From Vicugna vicugna (taxonomy: Eukaryota): a stretch of 64,000 nucleotides of DNA. Under the pieces are notes generated by a model that did not search any database, was not told the origin of the DNA, and worked only from the letters and a program-made list of their open reading frames with translations. Below, piece after piece: positions 39,906-50,569 of this stretch. Each line of letters starts with the position of its first letter. The first letter of the stretch is position 1. The stretch is from assembly GCA_013265495.1 (NCBI GenBank), contig MU058584.1:7964407-8028406 (forward strand). Reading direction: 5' to 3'. The position numbers and the translations under genes were made by a program.

Positions 39906-40277
39906 GCATTTATTCCTTCATCTTTCAGATCCCTGCCACCTTCCCCTTTAGGGCTTCAAATCACACTGAAGGGGTCCACTTTCATGCAAGGCTAGCCCTA
40001 AATACTTGTTTTCTTTCTGACACTTAAGATTGAAGTAACTGCAGACATTGGGAGAGGCATAGCTCGTATCCTGCTGAAATACAGTGAATGACCTCACTTC
40101 TCTAGAATGGAACATGACTGCATTGTTTATATATTTCTGTTTTGTTACCAGGCAGTCAGTACAGATTTCATTGAAATATTGTGTGTTCATTGGGTTTTGT
40201 GCCTCATCTCACTGGCAGAAGAATGTAGTGGTTGATTTGGGGAATGGAGATGGCTGGAAAGGAGGTAAAGAGTGAAG

Positions 40278-40461
40278 ATGGAGAAACAAGATGGCAGTGA
40301 TGAAGAGAACCAGCGAAGAGAGAAGGCCATGGTGGTGCTGAGAAAGAGTAGATCTTTTCTTCTTGTTAAGAGCACCAGAGGGAAGAATCCAGCTGATCAC
40401 TATTTAGGGGCATCTGGCTCCAGGAATAACAGACCATCTGGTGTCCAGCTCCTTCAAAATG
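40278..40461 (+). other. Candidate plus-strand exon with an open ATG-initiated frame (61 codons, phase-1 donor)
   Basis: Strong Kozak context aagATGg, open frame MEKQDGSDEENQRREK...VQLLQN, donor ATG|gtgagt at 40462; peptide not recognised. Confidence 0.25.
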
Positions 40462-41254
40462 GTGAGTTTCATAAACATTCTCACTAATTTGACATGGACC
40501 CAGCTGCTGCATACCCAGCAGATGTAGTCTGTGAGCATTTCTTGGTGGGAACCGGCCTAATCAAAAGTGAGATATTCCAAAATTGTCTGAGAGGAGTGAA
40601 TGTGAGAACTGTTCACTTTTATTTGAGAAACTAAGATGAGACAGTTTAGATGAGTTATTGAAAGTTACACTTTGTTTTCTTTTTGAAATACAAGAGCTGA
40701 CTTGAACCATGCAAACGATTTTCTTCTCATTTCTGTATTACCACACATTCAGCATGTGTCAGCAAGCTGCTTTTGTTTTTCATTGACTGGCTAAGTACAG
40801 AAAGAATATCCTACAAGAAGGGAGAGCAGAGCCATAAGCAAACTTAAAGCATTACTTAAGGCTGTGATGTCTCTTATTGGCCATTTTATAATAGATATTT
40901 CTCCATACGACACCCACATCCATCCTCCACTCCCCACCCTTCAGTGCTTCATAGTAACTCACCATGTAAGGAGATGATGGATTTGCTCTCTTGTCTTCCC
41001 TTTATCTCATTCCCTTCCTTCTAACAAGCTGAAGTTGGGTGTGAGGGTCATCGGAGGGATTCATGAATTCACCCTAATTTGCCATATCTGAATCACACCT
41101 TATTTTAAAAAAAAATTCAAATCCCAACTTTATAAATGTTGCAACAAATGGCTTTCACTGCTACTTTTATATGCATCATGGAAGCAGACAAAAATATCAG
41201 AGGTCCCTTTTGACTCAAAAACTATTAGGTTCTGATTCTTTTGTGATTTTTCAT

Positions 41255-41271
41255 GGAAAGTGAAAGTGAAA
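41255..41271 (+). promoter_or_regulatory. IRF-E / PRDM1-type motif GGAAAGTGAAAGTGAAA
   Basis: Three GAAA cores at 6-bp spacing in unique DNA. Confidence 0.45.
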
Positions 41272-41841
41272 TGACTGATCAGTGACTATAATTGGCATGG
41301 GTAGAAAAATCAGAGAAAAGATGTGATATGGGCAAAATAGCCTGGGAAGAGCCAAGAAACTAAAGAGAATATAGTTTTAGAGTATAGCTTGAGTTGGATA
41401 TTTCATAATCTAGTATTGGACAGAACAACTTAAAAAATTTTTTCCATCTATTCAGCACCAGATCTAGTAAGTTGTTAAGCTTCAATGAAGCTTTATATCA
41501 TTAAAAATAGCCAGAGAAACTTTTTTTTAATGTGGGAATGATTAAAGAAATGGAAGAAATTAGGGACAATTATACAAGAAATGATTCTCAGTCAACTTTG
41601 GTTACTTCACATTTATCGAGGAAGGCTTCAGAAAGCTTGATTTAAATTCCGCATCTGAGAGTAGGAAGAATTACTGAATTCCAGATAACCTGGAGTACAG
41701 TTCTACAAGTCTGTCATGATCTCAAATTCATGCTGTGTGGATACTTTTTCACTTAAGAGTTGATACTAGTTACTTCATGATTGGTGTACCAGGTTATAAG
41801 CAGAAAGATCTGAAATTTGAAGCAATAAGATGGATAAAGAT

Positions 41842-42341
41842 TGTCTACTGAAATAAAATCACACAACGTGAGAGTTGTGGGTTAACTTTTACTTGGGGCA
41901 AAATGAGGACTCCAGTCCAGGAGACAGCATCTTAGACAGCTGAGAGAAACTGTTCCGAAGAGGTGGGGGAAACTCAGATTATATATGATTTCAGTGAAGG
42001 GGGCACATACAGTCAAGCACACACCTAGGCAGAGGCTTGCTGCTCATCGTGAGGAGCAGGTGTCACTATTAATGATTTTAGTGCTTTTCTAGATATGAGG
42101 ACACGCAAGAACTTGGGCTTATAAAATCTTCTCCTGAAAACATCTATGTGAAGGCCTGTTCAGCCAGTTTTCCCAGAGCACAGAGTGCTTCATCCCTGGT
42201 CTCCCCACTGAACTTTCAAGGTGTGTTGGAGGTCAGTGGCTGCAGTGGCTTGTAATTTAATCCAAGCAGAGGTAGATGGCAAGTGCCAGCATGATTCAGT
42301 CCTTGTAGAGGCAGGTGGAAAATGCCAATTTTTAGCTGGAA
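41842..42341 (-). mobile_element. ERV1-class solo LTR, MER41-like (laurasiatherian)
   Basis: tgtctactgaaataaaatcacacaacgtgagagttg...aatgattttagtgcttttctagatatgagga...gtagaggcaggtggaaaatgccaa; 4-bp flanks agat/agac. Confidence 0.75.
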
Positions 42342-42401
42342 AGACAATGAAGTATCTGGAACTATTACAAAGAAAGTTTCAGAAGAAGTTATTTAATTTA
42401 A

Positions 42402-42482
42402 CTGCTTAGAAACCATTGTTCTTCTTAGACTTAAAAAAAAATCCTGCTTAGAAAACATTGTTCTTAGACTTAAAAAAAAATC
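42402..42482. repeat. Tandem duplication of ~40 bp
   Basis: ctgcttagaaa(c/a)cattgtt(ctt)cttagacttaaaaaaaaatc twice (42402-42443, 42444-42482). Confidence 0.9.
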
Positions 42483-42619
42483 CCTTCGGCTACATTACTC
42501 CTTCTACTCTTTTTCTTCCTTTTCTTGTGCCCATACTTAAAATTATTCAATTACAACCCGAGCAGTAATCTGCTTACATATTTCTGGGCACAAAGGAGTT
42601 ATGCCCTCATGTGTGGAAA

Positions 42620-42850
42620 CCAGTCTTAGTTCAGTGGGAAGGGAATTCAGTTTGGCTCTCTAGATAGACACCAGAGGAAGTCCAGGATTTTCCTCTTATG
42701 TCTGACTTTAAGTGAATCATTTAACTTTTCTGAACTTAATTTTATCATTTGTAAAATCAAGACAATAACACTCCATGAAGTTCTTAAGAGGATTATATAA
42801 GGTGTATATGGAAAATACTGAACTCAGTAGATTGCTACTCAGTTTGTAAT
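42620..42850 (+). mobile_element. MIR SINE
   Basis: tgactttaagtgaatcatttaacttttctgaacttaattttatcatttgtaaaat. Confidence 0.65.
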
Positions 42851-43959
42851 TAATCAGATTCAGAAACTGAAACAAACATGTGGTAACTCATCTAAGGTCC
42901 TCTAAGGCAGAGCTCACACTTACATGTTTTCCTGAAGTGCCTTGAATTACATCACATGGCAGAGTTCTTTTTTGTGTGTAAATGCTACCTTTAGGTGTAA
43001 TCGCTTGTTAGCAACTGGTTACTTTCTTTATTTCTATTTTCCGGTTAATTCTGGGAGGGAAAGTTCTGGGACGACAGTTTTTTGTCCTCCAGGCAGCATT
43101 TTTCTTTTGTTCTGATGCTTCTTGTCATACCTGTGAGATATTCTTTCCCCCTAGGTGTTGACCTTTATGTTAACGTGGCAATGAGGTACTGTAGCAAGAC
43201 TGGAACTCCACAGAGGGTAAATAAATGTCACTCTTCAAACAGAAACCAGCATCAGTTCTAGAAAAGAAAACCAAGATTCTCAGCTGGTCATGTTATTAGA
43301 AACAATAGGCTCTCTAATAGCAGAAAAGGTGTCACATAAAGATCTACACGGGATACAAGATAAAACTGAACTACCGAAAAACCTAACAAGGCAGTATTTC
43401 CCAAGATGATACATTATTTGCAAAGGGTACTAGGAACAACTAAATTTATTACTCCACATCATCCCTTAGGATTAGGATCTCAGATGTCAGGAAAGAGATC
43501 AAGGTCAGAAACCCAGGTGGTACTCCTATTACACCAGGCCATCATACCAGTCAGGTATCAGCTCTAGCACCAGCTAATGGGTATCAAGAAAACTTTGCCC
43601 AAGTTGGGACAGTTCAAGCTATTGTTCCTTAAAGTCAAACATCGTAAAGATGATTTTGCTAAATTCACTGTTAGGTTTATTCTACTGTGAGCTTATTTTC
43701 AGACAGTATCACACTTGGATTGGCTGTAAGTAGTTCTTAGTAATTCTTGGATCTTGATTTTGGCTTTTCTTACCATTTGAAGAGTGAGTCTGAGAATGGA
43801 TAGATTTCTGTTTATGGGTCATAAAATAGCGTTGAGTATTTCTAGCATCACGTCAGACATCGAGGCTTTGAGGGAAGAAGCAGACTTATTTCAGTTCTGG
43901 CAAAGTTTTCTGTATGTATTAGTTCATGCTAGAACTTCGTCTCTGACAAACATGAGCAC

Positions 43960-44278
43960 CATCTGGATTCCTGACACTGGCTTTGTTCCTTCTCTCTGAG
44001 ATCAACTTTCAAAGCAAACAAATGCTGCCTAGAAACGTGTGTGTGTCTCTAGGGAAAGGGGTGTATTCCTGAGATATGTTCCATATGTTTTCTCAGAAAC
44101 TCCTCAGAGGAGATCAGCCCTAGGTGCCCACACTGATAACCCACTTGTTTACACATCCTTTATCGACTTTTCTCCTTTCCTTGTCTTACTTTCCTCACTA
44201 TCTCTGAGATCACTTCTCAGGTAAACTACCTGTACCCAAGTGCTTCTGCTTCTGCTTTGTGTAACCCAAACTAAGATA
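43960..44278 (+). mobile_element. LTR16-like ERVL LTR
   Basis: gatcacttctcaggtaaactacctgtacccaag...tctgcttt...aacccaaactaaga. Confidence 0.7.
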
Positions 44279-44440
44279 AAACCATTAAAAACAAAACAAA
44301 ACCTCCTTGGGGGATGAAAATCTAATGCAAAAATGTGCTCATACTACTTGAAAAAACATCCACTTTTTTTTTTGTAAGAAGAGAAACCATAAGTAAGCCA
44401 AAAGCCAAATTGAAAAAAGAAAGCCTAGATAGTTGTCAAA

Positions 44441-44441
<1 letters not shown>

Positions 44442-44484
<43 letters not shown>
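44442..44484. repeat. (CA)n microsatellite
   Basis: Direct reading. Confidence 0.95.
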
Positions 44485-44486
<2 letters not shown>

Positions 44487-46609
44487 CCACATTCAGGTTG
44501 TCCTACACAGGTAGAAGATAGTTTGAGTAAAAGCAAGGAACTTACTGAAACACAAAGCCAGAACGTAAAAATTATAAGTAAGATGAGAGGTGATAAATTA
44601 GAAGTTAATGTGAACTACAGTCAAGAAAAAGGCTGAAGAAAAGAAATAAGATGTGTTGGAATCTGGGGAGATTAATACAATGAGGATGAGGTAACACAAT
44701 TTTATTTTGGTATGTGCATGATGTGTGTGCTTTGTAAACTATATATTGAAATTCATACTCAAGGTGTTGTCAACAAGTTGCATTAAAGAATGGTTGTCAA
44801 TGAAATAGATGACATGGGGGAAAATACTACACTAGAAGCTCTCTGGGTATTTTTTATCCTAGTTTCCCTGAATTTTATGACATTTGGCAGGTCAATTCAT
44901 TTCTCTGGATATGTGTTTCCTTGATCAACATGAACTCAAACTTTATAATATATATGAAAAGACATTGAAAATATAAAGTTCTGTGTAAATATTAGAGTTT
45001 ATTATTAAAAAATAAGAGGTAGGATCTGAGAATTAATGTTTACTACTCTTAAATTCATCTTGGCCTCAAAGATGTACACCTCAAGAGGGTAGAACTTTGC
45101 CAAATCCAAGGTTCTCTGAGTGATACTTTTTCCTTTTAAAGGATACACATACCTAAGTTTCTTTATTCACTTATAATTATTGTACAATTAAGTGTCTGAT
45201 TTGAAGAAACTAATGTCTGATTTACTTTTCTTAGAGTAAATCCCAAACACAGCATTGTTCCATCTCAAGACGACTTAGCAAAATGGTAGCATGTACCTCT
45301 GGAAATCTGAAAAAGTTCTGAGTTCTCCCAAGGGCTCCAAAGAAGGATGGTGCCACTGTCCCCTGGTGGAACCTACTTCTCCTAGATTCTTCTAGGATAT
45401 CCTTGAATGTAGATTCCTATAATATACTCAGAATTGTGAAATGTACAACCAACTGTGCAAACTTATGAAAGAGTCCCTTCCCTTAAGGAGCTTAAGTGTA
45501 GCTGGGGTAGAAGGGAGCCAAAGTCCATCCATGAAATTAATACAAACAAATACAAGTCAGCACCAATTCAGATATCTGTTGAGAACCTTCTTTCGGTATG
45601 CTCCAGGTGTTTTGGAAGAAAAGTGATCTTGTCTTTGAATACTGCATTAGAGCAGTTTAGTCCATTCTGGGGGTCAGAACTGTTAATATTATTGACCAGC
45701 ATCCTTTGAAATTATTTTACCAAATCATCTGCTAGAGTGGGAAGGTGAATGTCACAAGTAATTCCCCTTCTTCATTCTTCTTTTTCCTTCACACCACATC
45801 AGGGAAAACCCCCTCATATCTCTAGAGCTTGCACGAAAAACCAGTGAACTAATCCAGTGGTACTGCTAAGATTAGTGACCCAACCCCTGCTTAACTGGCG
45901 CATTTCAAAACCGCATATGTCAAGGTCTTCTCTGCATATAGGTCAGTGTGTGGTTTCCTACACTGTGGCTACTCTGGGGAGACAAAGCAGTGCTGGTTTC
46001 TTACTTTAAAAAAAGGTGCTCGCTGAAGAAAGACCTTGAGATAGTAGGCTGAGAAAGCACAGGAGGACCTGAAGGTCACCTTATTCATCTGGAAATTCTC
46101 CGATTGGCCACTGTTACTCTCAGGCCACGGTTGTTGTTCTGAGTAAGCTGGTCCTGTTCTGGCTAAACACGTCCCAGGGTGATGCAGGCTGGTGTGGCTT
46201 GGTAGAGGGGTAAGTGAGGAGATGGCCGTCAACGTGTGTGGGCCAAATACCCATTTCCTTGTGTCTCTGACATTAAAAGAGTCAAGTATTCCTGCTAAAG
46301 GACCCTTGAAGATCGAGGGTGAAGGAAAGTAGGTGTATCTTCATGGAAGGGTAGAGGATTTCTGGACGGGAAGGTGAGGGGTAAAGACATGGTGACTGCT
46401 TGTGGGGAGGTGTGCTGATTGTCAGTCCCCGAGTAGTGGGTCCTGGGAAGTGCAGCAGGCCATTCTCATGTCAGAGTGTAATAGCCCTTGGTCACTTTGA
46501 AAGGAGGACTGATTTTAAGTAAAGAACTTGGTAATTTTTCCACACTTCTTTACATTCAGACGAGATCTTGGGTTATAGTCCATTAGGTTAATTTCTCCTA
46601 TATTGAGGG

Positions 46610-47170
46610 AGAATAAAGTAATGCTTAAAAGTTCAGAATCTAGAGCCAGAAAATGTGATTTATTTATATATTTTTTACTGAGTTACAGTCAGTTTACAAT
46701 GTTGTGTCAACCCCTGGTGTACAGCACAATTCCTCAGCCATACACAAATATACATATATTCGTTCTCACATTCTTTTTCACATGAGCTACAAGATATTGA
46801 ATAAAGTTCCCTGAGCTATAAACTTGTTTATCTATTTTATATATACCAGTCAGTATCTGCAAATCTCAAACTCTCAGTTTAATACCTTCCCACCTCCCTC
46901 CCTGCTGGCAACCACAGGTCTGTATTCTATGCCTGTGAGTCTGTTTCAGTTTTATATAAAAGTTCATTTGTCTTTAGAAAATGTGACTTAAAAATCCATT
47001 TCCAACCCTGACTAGCAGTGTGACCTTGGACAATTTACTTAACCTCACTATGCCTCAGTTTCCTCTTCTGGATACTGGAGATAATAATAAAAAGCCTTGT
47101 CTCAGAGTATTGGAAGGATTAAGGTGAGTTCGTAGGTACAGATTGCTTGGCACATAGTCAGCACTTGATC
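46610..47170 (+). mobile_element. MIR SINE split by a young L1
   Basis: gtgtgaccttggacaatttacttaacctcactatgcctcagtttcctcttctg core after the L1. Confidence 0.75.
46663..46975 (-). mobile_element. Young truncated L1 3' end
   Basis: Similar to the 3001 copy; TSD agaaaatgtga(t/c)tta at 46648-46662 and 46976-46990. Confidence 0.9.
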
Positions 47171-47249
47171 ATTATTTCCCATGGAAATCATATGCACACT
47201 GACCCTCAGCCTAGGGGACTACACGGCCTAGAGATGGAACACCTGGGAT

Positions 47250-47460
47250 TTATGGTTCCGTTGAATCTGGAGTCAGCCCAGCTGTGCCCCTTGCCTGCAG
47301 TGTGATCTGAGACAAGTTATTTCATCTTTCTAAGCATCATTTTCTTCATCTGTAAGTTGGGATAATAGCAACATTTACCTCATAGTTTGCTCTGAGGAAT
47401 GAATGAAATGATTTACATAAAGTTCCTGATGCAAGATCTGGCAACCGGTAAATGCTACTT
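47250..47460 (+). mobile_element. MIR SINE
   Basis: gtgtgatctgagacaagttatt...tttcttcatctgtaagttgggataatag...acctcatag. Confidence 0.7.
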
Positions 47461-47468
47461 CTTTAATA

Positions 47469-47503
47469 CTCACACACACATCAGGTATCACACGTCACAC
47501 ACA

Positions 47504-47537
<34 letters not shown>
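47469..47537. repeat. Imperfect (CA)n microsatellite
   Basis: Direct reading. Confidence 0.9.
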
Positions 47538-47540
<3 letters not shown>

Positions 47541-47816
47541 TTCTCGCATCTTATGTGATTGTCCCTTCTCTCCTTAAAAGAAAACCTGAAAAAAACTTCA
47601 TCTTTCCTAGGGAAGTAGAGAATAATGACCCTGAACTGATTATTATGTACCTGGGAAAAACACACTCTTTTTCAACTCTGCCTCACATTTTCCCTTTCTA
47701 TCCCCCATGTCAGGAGCAGAAGGCCAGGGAAATCTGTTGCACAACATGAGGGGAAGGAGAAGGGGACCAAAGCTGACTTGGCACATATCCCCTCTTCTCA
47801 TGGGCACCTGCCCACC

Positions 47817-47970
47817 GGGACTGGCTGCATAATTTGTAGGGCTCAGTACAAAATGAAAATGCTGGCGCCTTGTTCAAAAGTTGTTAAAAACTTCAAGGCA
47901 GAGATATCACAGCATTAAAGCAAACACATGACTGCCACTGCATGGGCCGCAGTCTATAAAGCTGGCCCTG
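47817..47970. mobile_element. MER91A-like hAT-Tip100 MITE
   Basis: cataatttgtagggctcagtacaaaatgaaaatg...ccttgttcaaaag...aagctggccctg. Confidence 0.75.
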
Positions 47971-50524
47971 CCACCAGCCCAGGGGCAGTGGGAGAGAGGA
48001 GGTGTTGATGCCCCTTCTGCCACTGATATGGGGCTAACTTGTTTCTGCTTTCCATCCCTGAGCCTGGCTGAGCCATGTGGGTTTACTTCCAGGGCTGTCT
48101 GGGAGCCTGGAAATGTGAGGTATCAGAGACGTCCCCACCCCTAATTCTGTGGCGAGAAATCGAACTGTTAGAACTGTCTAACCCAGTCAATGAATTTGAC
48201 CAGTTCTTAAGGAAATCCGCATAATTGTAGGTCATCCACAAGGGTAAAAAAGTATAGTAATACTAGTCTTTGGAAAATATTTGTTGATATGGGTGTGGTC
48301 TGTAATGGTGCTAAATGTTCACTTTCATGGTCTAAGAATCAGTCTCTTAAGTTTAACGAGTGTTACCCACTTAAGAGGATTTATCCACCTTTTTTTTTTT
48401 TCACTTTTCAGAGAAGTGAAAGCTTGACCTTCTTTCTTCCTTTGTTAGATTCATACTAACCTGAGGACATTAGATGGAAGATGAGACCTGTGCAGGCAAT
48501 AAAGTTGCTTCAGTCTTCAGGAGCTAACAATGCATATTATCCATTACATCCATTTTGTCCATACCCTTTTATCTATTGTATGCCCTGCAGGGAAATGTGG
48601 TGATGGTGATGGATTCTTTGAGAGACCACCACATGGTGCAAACTGCCTATATGCTCCTGTTTTGTGATCACATTTGAGAGTGTAGCCCCTGGGGATGTAG
48701 CAGAGGAGACACTTGGAGGGGATGTGGGGTCAAATGGGGCAGAGAAGGGGGTTTCGAGGAAAGCTGCTAGACTTAGAGGAAGGAGAAGAGTGGTGAGAAA
48801 GGGTGAGGAGTAGAGGAGAGGGTTGGGGAGAAGGGGAGAATGTAATGGGTCGGGGTAGGGGGTGTGGGGAGAGAGGAAGGGAGAGCCCAGGAAGAAGGAA
48901 GTCTAGGGTGAAAGGTTCTGAAGTTAACATGTGGGTTAGGAAGTCCCAGAAGGAGGGGAATCCTGGAGTTCAAGCTCCTGCAGCAGGCCCTTTCCTGTCT
49001 TAGGTGAACAGAAAGCCCCAAGGGGCCACAGAGAGAACACTGTTCATTGTACATCCCCTGGCGCTGTCACCACTTAACGCCACAGGTCGGTCACTTCTCT
49101 CAGTGATTCAGAGTCCTCATATGCAAAGCAAGGGGGTGCAGCAGGGGGCCTTCTAATCCCAGTCTGATGCAGACTGTGAATTCCAGGGGAGCGGGTGAGA
49201 GAGAGGAAAGGGACAGGTCAGAGAGCGGGAGGAAAGCACAGCTGGGAAGAGCGAAAAGGAGGGAGCTCAGGGGAATGCAGGGGATTGGGTGGGGGAGAGT
49301 GAAGCCTGGTCATTTTTGCCTGTTATACATTTCCTAATACATTTTTTAAGTAACAATTTTAATGAGATATTTACACACCACGTGTCTCTCCTTTTTAAAG
49401 TGTACAGTTCAGTGGTTTTTAGTCTAGTTACAGCGTTGTTCAACAATCACTATTATCTAATTCAAGAACATTTTCATATCCTCCCTGAAGAAACTGTCTG
49501 TTCGTGGTCACTCCCCATCCCCTCTTGCCTCTAGTCCCTGGAAACCACACATCTGCTTTTACTTCCTATAGATTTGCCTATTCCAGACATTTCATGTAAG
49601 TGGAATCATACAGTATGTGTTCCTTTTTACCTGACTTCTTTCATTCAGCATTATGTTCTCAAGGTTCCTCCGTATTATAGCATGTATTAGTACTTCATTT
49701 CTTTTGCTGAATAATAGTCCACTGTATAGATATATCACATTTTGTTTATCCACTCATCAGTAATGAGAAACAATGTATGAGTTTTTTCCACTTTGTTTTT
49801 TTTTTTGGCTATAGTGAATAATGGTGCTAATTCTTACATTCTTACACATTTTTGTATGGACATATGCTTTTATTTCTCTTGGGTATATACTTAGGAGGAG
49901 ACTTGTTGGGCCACGTGGTTATTGTGTGTTTAAAGTTTTGAGGAACTGCCAGTTTTCCAAAATGACTGAACCATTTTATAACCTCATCAGCCATGAATGA
50001 GAGTTCCAATTTCTCCACATCCTTGTCAACACTTGTGATTTTCTGACTTTTTGCTTTGTTATCCTAGTGGGAATGAAATGGTACCTCGTGTTTTTTTTCT
50101 TTTTGGAGTATAATTGATTTGCAATATTGGGTTGGTTTCAGGTGTGCAGCAGAGTAATTCAATTATATGTATATACATTTTTCAGATTATTTTTTATTAC
50201 AGACTATTATAAAATATTGAATATAGTTCTCTGTGCTATGCAGTAAATACTAGTTGCTTATCTATTTTATATATAGTAGTTTGTGTCTATTATGCCTCTC
50301 CCCTCCCTTTCTCCTTTGATAACCATAAGTTTTCTATGTCTGTGAATCTATTTCAGTTTTGTATGTAGATACATTTGTATTACTTTTTAAATTCCACATG
50401 TAAGGGATATATAATATTTGTATTTCTTTATCTGACTCACTTCAGGAAATATAATTTCTCTGGATCTATCCATGTTGATACGAATGACAATATTTCATTC
50501 TTTTTTATGGCTGAGTACTATTCC

Positions 50525-50526
<2 letters not shown>

Positions 50527-50567
<41 letters not shown>
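50527..50567. repeat. (TG)n microsatellite inside L1
   Basis: Direct reading. Confidence 0.95.

Positions 50568-50569
<2 letters not shown>

Noticed and set aside
43155..43217. Short plus-strand exon after ttctttccccctag
   Set aside because: Good acceptor but weak donors and no other support
49060..49075. REST/NRSE site (ggcgctgtc)
   Set aside because: Only one half-site matches
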